Shown one piece after another: positions 1 to 12,594 of a stretch of DNA of 64,000 nucleotides. Origin of the DNA: Massalongia carnosa (Eukaryota); assembly GCA_965645245.1 (NCBI GenBank), contig OZ287082.1, forward strand, positions 1,302,001 through 1,366,000, written 5' to 3'. Below the pieces are notes generated by a model. It was not told where the DNA came from and did no database searches. It worked only from the letters and a program-made list of their open reading frames with translations. Each line of letters starts with the position of its first letter. Position 1 is the stretch's first letter. The position numbers were made by a program, and so were the translations under genes.

Positions 1-47
1 CCTTTGCCTAGCTTCACGCACTTCAACACCAAAAGCCTCTGCAACCA

Positions 48-1464
48 TCACTCAAACTCGCGCGACTCCCCCGGATCGTAGACATCAAAAACTCCCCTCT
101 CCGGCAATCCCGCCCTCCTCAGCGCCTCCCTGAGCAACACCGGCGGCTCCATCGCCTCCTCCTCTGTCAGATGCCACGTGCCCCAATGCACCGCCATCGC
201 CCGTCTGCACCGCGTGTCGCGGAAGATGTTCACGCTGTCGAACGGGTTCGCGTGCAAGCCCGAGAGCAGGGCGCGCGGGTTGTACGCGCCGATGGGAATC
301 AGCCCCAGGTCGAAGGGGCCGTGCCGTTGCCCAATTTGCCGGAAGGCAGGGCACGATGGGTAGGCGTGGGCGTGGCTCGGGCCGTAGTCGTCGACATCGG
401 GCGGGAGGGATGGGACGGAGCGGTAGCCTGTGTCGCCGCTGAACCAGACGGTTTTGGTGCCGCTTGAGATGCTCCAGCTTGCCCAGAGGGAGCGGCATTT
501 GTCACCGGGGCCGCGGCCGCTGGAGTGCTGGCAGGGGAGACATTCGATGCGGGCGGTGATCGGCGCTGCATTGTCGGGTTGGCTTCCTGTGTTGAGTTGA
601 GTATCGTGGATTGCGTTCTCTGCGGGGATGCTCAGATCGTAGCCTGTCCACCAGTCCAGTTCGGTGACGAGGGCGGCAGGGGCGCCTGAGTCGGTGAACC
701 ACTTCATGTTCTGTAGCGGGACGAAGAAGTGGGCTTTCGGATGGCAGGCGATGATCTTCTTGATGGTAGGGTAATCTAGGTGATCGAAATGGTTGTGGCT
801 AGAATGTCAGCCTCTGCAGGCTTTTGTTTGTCAAAAGAGACACACCTGATAATGACTGCATCAATCTGCTACTATTAGTCGACGCATCATCATTCAAACA
901 TGCTCGAAAGAGTTTACAAATGGTATATCTTCCACTTGGCATGGCGCCTCCGTGAACCGCTTCGGGCCCAACCAAGGCAACGGCCCGAAACGAGGACTCA
1001 GGACAGGATCAAACAGCACTCGAAGGCCAGAAGGCATTTCGATGAAAACAGTAGCATGCCCTGACACGATCAGTACCTAGGACGCGTTGCCGAGAGTGAC
1101 ATACCCAGCCATGTTGCACGCAGACTGCTTGTCGACCTTGAAGAAAGGAATCGTGGCGTGTGTACTTTGATATTGGGGGGACTGGAGCCCCCTGGCGCGG
1201 TTGCAGCGCGCGTGAGCCTTCTGCAAAGCTGTTAGAATGCGCTAGTATCACCTCAAACGATGAGGCAGGACTACCTTATCCACGCTATGATGAAGTCGGA
1301 CGTGGTGGGGTCGTATGCACTGTCCCATGGATTACTGAAGCCTTTCTCGTCTTTTCGGTGGTGATCTTTATCCCTGCACTAAGTAGTCAGAGGATGCATG
1401 ACTGAATCTATCATGGCACTTGAAGCTGGACATACGACGAAGAATATTCGATAGAGCTGGACAT
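48..1464 (-). CDS. NAPE-PLD-like metallo-beta-lactamase-fold hydrolase (multi-exon)
   Basis: Manual splicing from the ATG at 1464 gives [35 protein letters not shown] (HxHxDH), [19 protein letters not shown] and AVHWGTW. Introns are GT-AG. The last exon contains the 48..707 ORF. Confidence 0.88.
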
Positions 1465-1934
1465 CGTTGGTCCTTGCTGAAGACTTGCAAGCGAGCAGCG
1501 GAAGGATGTGTGTGGGAAGTGGAAGCAGTGTAGCATTTAAGCAACAAGACAAGGTGGGCAGAAGCTATGAAACATTGCTATGCCGCTTTTAGAATACTAC
1601 TCCCTTATCGTCGCCCGCCCGTGCCGCCCGTGCCGCCCGACCGAGTTGTACAAGCGAGCCCGACAGCAGATATCCAATGTAAGAGACCCACAAGGGTTAC
1701 AGAATTTTGTATCATATCTGCAATAGCAGATGGAATCTCCTTAATGGTGGGTCATGCTTGAACTGCGTTGAAACGGGCTGTCAAAGATGGACACGAATTC
1801 ATGACTTGGAGTTGACCTGCCGATCATACTTTAACGTGCTGAGAAAGCGTTTCGCCGACTTGACGTTTCATCGACTTGATTGCAAACATTTCACTTCAAA
1901 TCGAGCGCTTAAAAGAGCAATCATCATAATCGAC

Positions 1935-4900
1935 TGTTCAGATTTGTCGGACTAACAAGCGAGACAAGCTCATACAAAATTCTCTTCTTGTAAATTTAGG
2001 CTGAGAGGATTCATGATGGATCCATCCATAAATCAATCATCTATTTCACTATCAAGAGATATTCTTCTGACGTAAATATAAATTCACCATAGAGCTCATT
2101 GTTATCATACATTCAGCTCAACAGTTATGAGCCCGGAAGCAATTCCATCGTCATATGAATAAGAATTTTCTCCTCCAAAGGTAAACCGAGAAAAATTTTG
2201 CTAATCGCACATTCAATTTGCATTAGACTTCTTAAGCTCGCAAGCCAATCAAATTCAATTCAATTGAATCAACAAATCAAGCCGCCAAGATGAACCCTAC
2301 TAATCACAAGAAAGATTATCCTAGCCAAACCAGCGGATTGGGATACCTGGTACTCTTTCGTACGGAATCGGGCCATCAACAATGGAATATGGGAGTTAGT
2401 CAACCCAGAAAAGCCTACCAAGCCAATTCACATTCCAAAACCAGTTGAACCCACATATGCTCTCCCAACAGAGACCGCACACTTTGACAAGGAGGGGTAT
2501 GAGCTACATAGGGCTCATTTTCAGGAATACAAAGGACTATTGGTCAATCATGAACGACAAAAAAAGGCCTTCATCGACTTGTTTACCTATATTCAAGAAA
2601 CTCTCTCGATAGCGAATGCCACCTACATTCAAAAAGTGGAATCGCATCCATGAGACCATCTCATAGCTCTAAAACGAAGACTTGCACCAAGCGATTCGGC
2701 TCGTGCGCTAGATATTGAAACAAAGTATCATAAGCTATGCAAGGGGCCTGGAAAGCAGGACATTGAAGCATGGTTGGAAGAATGGCAATTGGTCTGTAGC
2801 GAGGCTATAACATATAAAATCGGTGAAGCAATCGGGAATCGGCCGCTCAGAGATTTTCTTATGGCGATTCATTCAAAAGAACCAATCGCTGACAATTATC
2901 TCATGGATTTGGAGGATGGTAAATCTCAAGACCTTGATCTGTTGATCGAAAAATTTCGCCGTCTTATCCGCCTGCATCGGTCGCAAAAAGCAAAGGACAA
3001 CAACACCCATTCTGCATTTGCGGCTGAGAAAAAGGGGAAGGAAGGACAATCTGATGCATCTGGCGCAACATTTAATGGGCAAAAATCACCCAATAAGTGT
3101 CTATGTGGTTCTGTACATTGATATAGCGACTGCTACTATCTGGTGCCAGAGAAAGGACCAGCCAATTGGACCCCAAAGGCTCAAACAGAGGCTATCGTGG
3201 AAGAGGCAATGAAAAGCCAACAAGTGAAAGCAAGGGTAGAAAAATCCCTTCAACGATCAAAATCATATTCAATAAAGAGTAAGACCACCACCAACGCTAA
3301 TCAGGAAAAGGAGATAGGAGCGTTTACATCAATAAAAACCTCCTCATCATTCTCAGCAGATAGCTACACTATCAGAGATTCATGGATATTGGATAACGGA
3401 TCAAATAGCCACGTTTGCAATAGCACCATGAAATCCAGATACACACTCCAAAAGAAAGCAGTAGGGGAATATCTTATTGCGGGCACCCAACGCCTCGCAA
3501 TAGAGAGCTATGGCACAATAAAAATCACCGTACCAACCCCTACCGGACCGCAAAGCATGACACTACTTAATGTAGCATATGTGTCCAACTTCATGACCAA
3601 TCTAGTCTCTCAGGACTTGCTCTATGTTAAAGGGCTTTACTTTGATAACTGGAAACTTCACCTGCATAGGGAAGGAATGACAGTGGCCAATGTAAAGCGA
3701 TATAATGGGCACTACCTGCTAGAAGACAACACCTCAGACAATCAAGTATACGCTTTTCCAGCTCAAAAGACTGAAGTAGCTAACAATAAAGTTGCAACAG
3801 CTTTCAAAGCAACAGCTTTCAAAGCAACAGCTTCCAAAATTGCAACGGCCTACGAATGGCATCAAATGCTAGCACACGCATCGATTGAAGTCATTCAACA
3901 TCTTGAATCATCAACTAGGGGAGTAAAAATATCCAATCAAGATAATGAAGGTAAGGTGCCCAAGCCCAACGAGTGTGAGCCATACGCGCTGTCAAAAGCC
4001 CATCGCCTAGTCTCTAGATCATCAGACAATGCGGAGTCATCTAATGCACCATTTTATCGCATCACATATGATCTCATGCAGCTAAACCCAGCGATGAATA
4101 AAGATGAATGGGTATCGCACTTCGCATGCCATGCAACAGATTTTAATATGGTATTTACCCACGGTCGCAAAGGTGAGGCATCACGGATAGTGCGCGAAGC
4201 AATCAATCTTATTGAGACCCGCTTCAATGCTAAAGTAGTGTTTTTCCGATCGGAGGAGAAAGATTATTGGGAAATGATTTCAATGATCTACTGATTGATA
4301 AAGGCATAACGTACGAATCGTCCACTCCTGATACGCCAGAGCAAAATGACCATTCGGAAAGAAAAGGTGAATTCTAGTAATGAAAGCAAGGACCATGAGA
4401 ATCGACGCCGGCCTACCTATCTATCTATGGCCGGAAATCGTACGCACTGCAGGCTATATCGCTAATCGCACCCCGATGAAGAAGCATCAATGGAAAACTC
4501 CATATGAGTTAGTCATCGGAAATGCACCCGATCTAAGCCATCTTCATCAGTACGGGTGCAAGGCCTACACCTTCAACAAAAATCTACCGCGCAAAGAAAA
4601 GATGCAGGAGCGAGCCCACATAGGCCATTGGATTGGCTACGAAGCAAGAAACATCTTTCGCATATGGATTCCTAGCCAGCACAAGGTGATTCGTACCAGA
4701 GAGGTAATGTTTGATGATAGCACCGGCTATGATGCTCGCGATATCGATTTATTGCAGGCAATCAAAGAGCCAATGCTTGAAATGACTTATGAGGCAAATA
4801 GCTTGGATCCTATAACACTAATCACTGAGATAGAATTGGATGAAGAGGAAGGAATAAAAGGGGGAAGTACTGACAAAATTTCCTCTTCACCAAAGGAGAA

Positions 4901-5280
4901 AGAGAGATCTTACTTACCAACACCAGCCCCATCTGATTCTGATTCTATTTCCACCACTACAAGCAGTAGTACTAACACTAACAGAGCTCCTAAAGAAGTC
5001 AACCCTAACTTCGATATTCAAAATATCTTACCTGAGGGGGTGGGAAGACGACGAACCCGAAATCAGCGCAAAGAAGCGTACTCAACAGCACTAATACAGG
5101 CATCTAATGGTGAATTGGACTCATCATGCCGCTTTCTCAGCACATATCAAGACAAGTTCATATGCTTCTAATCATCGAGAGCTTAAGAGCGATCAACATC
5201 ATCCCAAAATCAATCATTTTCATAGAGATAGCTTACCCAACGAGCCAGAACACTATCGCCAGATGCTGAAACACCTTGAT
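1935..5280 (+). mobile_element. Ty1/copia LTR retrotransposon, degenerate and 3'-truncated before RT
   Basis: The probable LTR ends TCAACA at 2123 and is followed by PBS GTTATGAGCCC. Gag from ~2290 has a CLCGSVH knuckle, then protease WILDNGSNSH, WHQMLAH, and integrase-SH3 YGCKAY...IGYE. There are in-frame stops and frameshifts. The LTR start at 1935 is tentative. Confidence 0.85.
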
Positions 5281-5454
5281 AAGACAATCTTTTTCGATAA
5301 AGTGAGTAAACTTATCAATAATATTAGTCCTATTGCTGATTATTGGCGCAAATGTGACGGCAGACGTTGCAAATTCGATTTTCGATCCATCAGTATAAAA
5401 CAATACTCGCGATTTATCGGAATTCATTGATTGAATATTCGAAACTGTCGAATA

Positions 5455-5625
5455 TGTAACGGTTCGACCAAGTGTGGTGCGGACGGCAGGACCTACAGCG
5501 AACATAGCAGGAGTCCCAGTTATAGTAGAATAGAGCTTGGTCTGCGGACTAAGTATTGTGCCTTTTGGTCGGGAAGGACAGGTGGCGCAATGGTAGAAAT
5601 CTATTCACTATCTCGCTTCGTCACA
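5455..5625 (+). mobile_element. Solo LTR, family A (171 bp), TSD GAATA
   Basis: TGTAAC...GTCACA ends with an exact 5-bp flanking duplication. Near-identical copies lie at 18191, 19210 and 54853. Confidence 0.92.
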
Positions 5626-6076
5626 GAATAATAACTCGATTTCGCTTTTTCTTTTGAATTTTTAATTTGAACTTAATTTTACAAGACGATTTCCATGGTT
5701 TAATCACTTTATTTACTTGTTCGAATTCATCAGTTTTGTGAACTATGTCCGAAACGGATTGTCCCTACTATGATGTTCTCTGAATGCAAAGGGATCAGTG
5801 GCCATCAATGATTGTGCTCGGAGTTAGTAACTATTACTCGGAATGACTCAACAGCACTAGTAGGGGTTTACCCGAAGATTGACCGATAATCTTCTGATTA
5901 GCATTGCCAGTCTTCCTTATCGAATTTGGCTGCGGTATCTTCAGAGCACTGATAATTGCAAGCAACGGCCGAATTAATGGTTTAAACAATTGAAGCTATA
6001 GAAAGCTTTGGTGCTTAGGCCCCACCCGCTAGGCCGGCTCAGTGCCATATTATACATGATGTAGTATATAAAACAG

Positions 6077-7830
6077 TCAATCTCGCCTTCTAGGAGGTCT
6101 CACTATCCTCCCAGAAGCCGTATATACAGGCAATACCGTCACAGCGTCCTTGATTTTATGTATTCCCTCACTTCGGGCCTTGGCTGACTTCCTGCCTCTT
6201 TTACCTCTCATCCCTTTACCCCTAACATCCTGTATCTCAGTCTGTAGAGCGAACTCTGGATCCTTATTCTCTAAGCAAGGCTCTGGCGGAGCAAGTGTTG
6301 AAGGGTCTAAATCGATGGAAATTGGCTGGATAGCCTGTGCTTTCTTATTTGTCTTGTTTTTCAGACTTTGAGGTTTGGGCTCTGCAATGAGGCTCCACAC
6401 AGATTTCTAGGCCTCCCAGAACTCCTTCTCTTGTTTATCTGCACGCTTCTTCTTCATCTCCCGTTCTTCGAGGACGTCATGATTCATTATATGTCCTTTA
6501 CCGAGCTGTTGATTTGAATGTTTGGCCTTCTCCTTTTTACACTGTTGATTCTCCAACAATTCAGTATTTGTAGTCTCTAGTAACACCTTCTCGACGTACG
6601 CTATTGATCCAGCCTTGCCTAGCCTCATAATCTCTTGCTGAGTAGCCTTCCCATCAATAGCTTTGTGGACGATTTCATCGAATTCAGCTGCATTTCTTGG
6701 AGTCTTGATAGGAGCGGATATAGAGACGCCATCCGACGATCGGAAGAATAATTCTGGTGGCGTATACGGCCTTAGAGTAACAGTGTTTATCACATCTTTC
6801 GGCTGTGGCAATGTCTTCAAAAGACTCTCTGGATCCAGAGGAAATAGAAGTGCTTTCTGCCAAGCATTGAGAATAGTAGTGAGTTTGACTGTCTCACTCC
6901 GAGCTCGTTGATATAAATCAATGAAATCGACCTTATCCACGTTAGCACTGCTATCCCACTTTATCAGACGCAGTAGCTCGGTCCGATAGAGACTCCCCAG
7001 TGGCTGAAAGAAACCCACATCTAACGGCTCGAGTACGTGAGTCGTGTGAGCTGGAAGGCAAGCAAGAATAATCTTCTCATTGATACAGAATTGGATAACT
7101 TCCGACGTAATATGAGAAGTATGCCCGTCGAGGATAAGCAAGCGATATTCGCCTTGTTGTCGCTTCTTCGAATATGGATCAAATACACGTTTATACCATT
7201 CGAAAGCGAGTGTATTATTGGTCCAGCCCTTGTCACTGATAGCGATGTTATTACCTCGCTCCAATTCATTAATCGAGGCCTTCCTTTGAGTCGTTGCTTT
7301 AAAGATGACGAAAGCAGGAAGAAGTGCTCCATCTGCAGAGATACATTCAAGAAGAGACACCCATTCCCGGCTCCCATTCTGACAAATGTATGCATTGAGG
7401 TTTGCCTTTGAAACCACTACTTTCTGCCTGCCTGCTTGGCCTATTGCAAAGCCCTTCTCGTCCATATTATATACGTCTCTTTTTTCAATGTTGTATTGCT
7501 TCATTGTATCCGAAAAGAGCTTAAACCAATGATTGATTGTTTCGTAATTGACTGCATTGATGCGCTCTTTATCTAACGGAGTGCAAAAGCGAGATTTTAC
7601 CGAATGATGTCGATTCAAGAACTTCTCCACCCAGTGATATCCCAATGGGGTATGATTTCCTCTTTTTTTGAGGATCTCTTCTGCTTGTAACTTGATTCGA
7701 TAAATCATTGGAGGGAATCCCCATTTGACCAATAATTCGATCCAGTTTACTAAGCATTCCTCCTCAATGAAAGTGAGGCGTTGTTGGGCTTGATGAGCTT
7801 TGTGATGAGGTAATGTTTCTCCTTTGTATC
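6077..7830 (-). mobile_element. pogo/Fot1-type DDD transposase, disrupted
   Basis: ORF 6407..7732 carries YNMDEKGF, SDKGWT, LLILDGHTSH and LPAHTTHVLEPLDVG. The 5' end is cut by the LINE tail at ~7835 and the C-terminus is broken at ~6405. Confidence 0.88.
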
Positions 7831-7837
7831 ATCGATA

Positions 7838-9945
7838 TAATGATGATGATGATTGATTCTTGTACCGATCTGACACCGGCCGAAGGCCGGCCCATGCGGG
7901 CTATCTACTTATTCTTACAGGGAAAACCTTTTAAAGGGATAAAAACCATGTAGACTGCGCCATTATCCTAAACGTGTTCCGTTTCTGGACTGCATTCTTC
8001 GCTCGATGTTCTGTGAAATCCTTGACAAAATGAGAGTTATCACTCGTATAACAGTTGCGATGCTAGTGAAAATTGGGTCAGCAAATTTGCTTTTATTATC
8101 CATGTGGTTAGTTTTTTCAACATTTTCGACGAGCTCATGATCGTTCGATAGTCGTTGGTGCCTATTTGTTTTAGCACTTCGTATCTGCCGTCGATTAGCC
8201 TGCAATGTAGAATAATGTGTTTGGCTGTCTGCTTCTGCCATCCGCACGAGCAGGCCGGGGTCATAACGCCCGGTACCCGACGATTGAACAGGAAGTTTGC
8301 CAAGCCTATTTTTTCGGTGCGGATTTGCGTGGTTAGCGCGCTTTCCGCTTTCATCAGGTTGTTGTGAATCTTCAGTCTCGTCCTACTGAGAGATCCCAAC
8401 TGTGCCTCTGTCGGGCGGGGAATGCGGTTCTGGTACGTCTTCCATTTGGAGTCCCAGCGTTCCTTGATGCGTTCTGTGGTGGCCTTTGTGTGTTTCTCTA
8501 TGATATGGCGTGTCGTGGTGCATTTTTCGAGGTGCGCCGGGTCGGGTGTGGACCAGGGCGGGGACGATGGGGGCATTGTGACTGGTGCCTCGTTATTCAA
8601 CATTTTGCTGGCCCATTCGTATTTCAACTCTCCTGGGGTGAGGTGTTGCGTTCTTTTGCGTCCTGCCTTACCCCCTAGCTTGTTCGCTATTGTGTTTCAG
8701 GCTTTGGAAATCAGTTTCGCCTGCCCTGCGGCCCGTAGACGATACCTTGATTTTATCTGTAGATTGTCCAGATGCAACTCCATGGGGGCGATGAACGTTT
8801 CCGCTTCGAGAACTTCGACGGGTGTTGCCTTGAACGCCCCTGTCACGGTGCGTAAGCATTTGTTCTGCATGACGCTGAGTTTGGACGTCGTGGCCTTGTT
8901 TTTCTTGATTTCCCTGGGTGTGTGCCACACGGTGCTTCCATAAGTCATTGCCGGGCGAACGACGGTGGTGTAAACCTGCCGGGCCTTCGCGAAAGAAGCT
9001 CCCCAGGTAGATGTCGATATTTTTGTGAGCGCCAGCGACTACGACGTCATCTTTTCCTGTGTTTTCCGTATGTGGGCTCCCCATTTCAATTTGGTGTCGA
9101 TTTGGAGGCCCAGAACTCGTATGTCCGTTTTCGGTTCTATTAGGTTGTTTTCTATTTGAATAGTAGCTGACATGTCGAATTTCTTTGGATTTTTGGACAA
9201 ATGAATGAGCTCATACTTATCCGGTGCAAATACGGACCCGTGGCGTGCCGCCCATAGTTCGCATTTTCTGTGCATTCTTTCGAGGGTTCTGCAGTTTTCT
9301 TCCGTGCTTTTGCCGTATGCCAACACATTTACGTCGTCTACAAATCCGGGCGCGCTCGTGTTTGTGCCGGGTCTCTCGCATATCTCTAAAAGGTCCGCAT
9401 TGTAGAACAGGTAGAGAATAGGGGAAATGGGTAAGCCTTGAGGAATGCCCGTGCGCACCGCGAACTCCTCGGTTACTCGCCGGTTTATCGTTAGCGTGGT
9501 TCTTCTTTCCTTCAGAAAGCTTGCCGTCCAGTCTGTGATCCATTTCGGGATTTTCCTTTTTCGCAGATTGTGTATCAGCCTGCGATGAGACACTGTGTCG
9601 AATGCGCCTGCTACATCCATGCTGAGGAGAGTTGCCACCTTGTTGTTGCCTTGTCCCCATACAGTGTGTACCTGTTCGGTGAGGAGTTCGAGCGCAGACT
9701 CGGTAGATCGGCCACGCCGAGCACCCATTTGTGTGTCCGGCAGGAGCCGGTGCTGTTCCGCTATATGAGTGATCTTCCTTGCGATGACTGCTTCTAACAC
9801 CTTACCCATTGTGTTCAGTAAAGCTATGGGTCTGTATGCCTTTGTACTGGTATTGTCTTTCTTTCCCGGTTTTCTGAGCGCGATCGTGTTTGCTCTTTTG
9901 AACTCGCGGGGAATCGTCGATATAATGTTGTATGACAAACATTGT
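7838..9945 (-). mobile_element. Tad1-like LINE, 5'-truncated, with (CAT)n tail
   Basis: RT motifs YRPIALLNTMGKVLE, MDVAGAFD, GIPQG and FVDD, plus a C-terminal CSCG..HIILHC finger. It ends in a 3' stem-loop and ATCATCATC tail. Stops and a frameshift occur at ~9039 and ~8690. Confidence 0.9.
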
Positions 9946-9949
9946 ATTT

Positions 9950-10620
9950 GTTGACATATTGGCGGAATGAAGGCTAGGCTTCACTTGCTTAGGCTTTATT
10001 TCAGGCTGGAGTTCATATTCATCCCACCGCTTGATAGCTTTGGCAAAGGAGATCAGAGCAAGCTCCATGCGCTCACGCCTTGGGATGACCTCTGTATCTG
10101 ATTCCCCTTCTAATGGGTCTTCCTCAACAGCTTGCATGATATTTTGGTAACGGAGGGATGGCTAGGCCAGGCGCTGAGACCAATTATAGCTTCAATGGCC
10201 AGAGTTGAGGGTTGATGAGTAGGTATAGGTCAATTGGCTGATTTGTAAGGGCTGTTGAGACGCTACAGTATAAATTTTGGTAGGCATGCTTCGCATCGGA
10301 TATAAACCCCTACTAGTGCTGTTGCATATCGAGGTTTGTTGCATATCCCAGTCATCCCGAGTAGTCTCCATGCATTGTCTTTGTTTTTTTTTTTTTTTTT
10401 TGAGACGGAGGCGATAAGGGCACTCATTGAACGAAACTTTGATATTGGCTCGCACCCGGTCTTCCTCCTCTACTTTTCTAGTGTTTTTGACTCTTTTGTG
10501 GTGGCGTGTGTAGTATAATACAATTAAATCATTTTTCTTATCATGAGTTTCTGTGACCAACGCGAAGCCTTGAGTGAAGGCATAGTCTTGAAGACGAGTC
10601 TTTGCCTCCTCTCAAGACGA
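9950..10620 (-). pseudogene. Possible Mutator/FAR1-like transposon remnant
   Basis: Fragments EAKTRLQDYAFTQGFALV and NECPYRLRL resemble the FAR1-type DNA-binding region. The frame is broken by a poly-T run. Confidence 0.35.
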
Positions 10621-10966
10621 AAATAACTCATTCTCTTGCGGAGGGAGGAGGTGAGGTGAGGATAGAAGGGCAATGGCATGTTGCTTCCGTGCATCCAAAG
10701 AAGTGGGATCGAACAAGACCCTCAATGGGCCATGACCAAGGGCCAGGCTGGACAGCATCGCCGAAGACATTAAAAGCATATCCTACAAGAGTCAATGTCT
10801 ATTTGTAAGAGGCTGAATCGATAAAGAACAGGCAACTCTTGAGTCGAAAACTGTAGCCACACTCTAGTTCGGTCACTGGTAACATGTATTGAGAAGGCAT
10901 GAGAGATTCCTGTGATAGCGCATGTAGTTAGATCCTACTTTCCTACAATACATCTGACTCGATTCC

Positions 10967-11770
10967 TCATTTGAGCGCTCTCCCTCCGTCACTTTCTACG
11001 ATAGTCCCGGTCACAAAAGCGCTTCTCATGCAATAGACGTAAGACTCGGCAATTTCGTCCGGTGCCCCAACTTTGTCAAGCAAGGCCGAGTCCTTGTAAC
11101 TGTCCAGCACCACCTGTAATGCCTCGGGCGGCACGTTGAGAAACAACTCCGTAAGGACCACCCCCGGGCTCACAACATTGACCCTTATCGGCGCCAAGTC
11201 CACCGCAAGACCGCGCATGATGCCCTCGACCCCAGAGCTCCAAGCAGCCTGCACTGCCCAACCCTTTGCCGGCCGCCGGGACATGGTGCCACTGGTCAAC
11301 GTGATGGATGATGCGGAGCCAGGATTCATATAAGCCGGCGCCAGCTTCGCCAGCAGTAACGGCCCGAGGAACCGCACCGTGCCCGCAGCGAGGATGTTCT
11401 CCGTGGATGTCTCCCGCACCGACGCCACGCGGATCGCATCTCCTGCCGTGAAGACGATGTGGTCGAGCTTGACGCCGCCAGTGCTCTGGGCAATGGAGTC
11501 GAGCAGCACCCGCAGGTTGGCCTCGAGAGCTGCTGGGTCCGCCAGGTCGCACGCGTGGCCGCTGATGTTCGAGATGTTGTCCGGGTGGGCGTCGTGGAGC
11601 CGCTGCATCGCGGCGTCGATCTTGGACTGGCTTGAGCTGGCAAGAATGACGTGCGCGCCTTGAGCGACGGTGGCGGAGGCGACGCCGAAACCTATGCCCG
11701 AGGAGCCGCCGATGACCAGAACTCGGGCATCGCGGAGCCTATCGAGGTAGCTTGCAGTGGGCAACGACAT
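10967..11770 (-). CDS. Atypical short-chain dehydrogenase/reductase, MalC/PhqE-like
   Basis: Single exon. Motifs are VLVIGGSSGIG (Rossmann), CDL, HIVFTAGD, TVRF, ITLTSG, GW and RVNVVSPG, with no YxxxK. The start may be 11788 or 11770. Confidence 0.9.
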   Translation of the reverse strand: MSLPTASYLDRLRDARVLVIGGSSGIGFGVASATVAQGAHVILASSSQSKIDAAMQRLHDAHPDNISNISGHACDLADPAALEANLRVLLDSIAQSTGGVKLDHIVFTAGDAIRVASVRETSTENILAAGTVRFLGPLLLAKLAPAYMNPGSASSITLTSGTMSRRPAKGWAVQAAWSSGVEGIMRGLAVDLAPIRVNVVSPGVVLTELFLNVPPEALQVVLDSYKDSALLDKVGAPDEIAESYVYCMRSAFVTGTIVESDGGRALK

Positions 11771-12594
11771 GGTTGAGATATGTTTCAATGGAGCTTTGAT
11801 TCCAGTAGTTCACAGTGAGAGGAGAGGATGTTTTAGCCTGAAGGCGTCCGTGGTTCATGGGAAGGGGACAGGTTGGAGTTGAAGTATAATCTGTTAGAAA
11901 AAAAAGAGAGAAAGCGGCTATTGCAATCGACTTCGTCGACACGCTCTCACGAAAGCGGGACATCGTTGAAACGTCTTCTATCCTGATGATGTTACCTATG
12001 GATATGTCAGGACTAGTACCACAACGCCGCGAGCATTTCTACCTTGAAACTGAGCCGTGGCATTATCAATAACAAAGTATACACATGCCTAGTCAGGCAT
12101 AGAATGCCCTCTGTGCCTCTCTTGGGCACTTACACCACCCACACGGAAGGATTGTTGTTGAAGTCAGACTCTAGGATTCACATAAAACAAAGCCTACGGC
12201 AAAGTCGACATGGCTGAACATGTGCTGCAGATGCAGATATCCCCGCTTAGCCCGTCTCGTGCGGGCCGCTCGCTCCAACTGCATCCACCAGACTTCGGGC
12301 CGCTTCGTGCTCCTGTTTGCGGATAGGCATAACTAGCGATACTGAGTTCGATGATGCTAGTTCAATGGTAGAACGGTTCAGTTGTCTTTCCTGCTTCACC
12401 TATCGCACCCGTCATCAGCTCTATTAGCTCATGCAGGCCATGCTGCAGCCTCTAACCATTATGACCTATCTCTAGTTAGGTTTATGAGAGGTGCGCTGAT
12501 ATCGAAAGAGTCATGTCTGGCCTACGGCGCGGCTCGACTCGCTGCGATTCAAAAAGTGAGGTCATGGGCCATGGTTCGTGGTTGAACTCCCATC

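Noticed and set aside
85..702. Overlapping shadow ORFs here and over the SDR, MFS and PKS genes
   Set aside because: These are alternative-frame or antisense artefacts of GC-rich coding sequence with no motifs.
5431..5631. Recurrent small ORF CNG.TK.GADGRTYSEHS (also 18134 and 19129)
   Set aside because: It is a translation of solo LTR family A with starts borrowed from flanking DNA, not a gene family.
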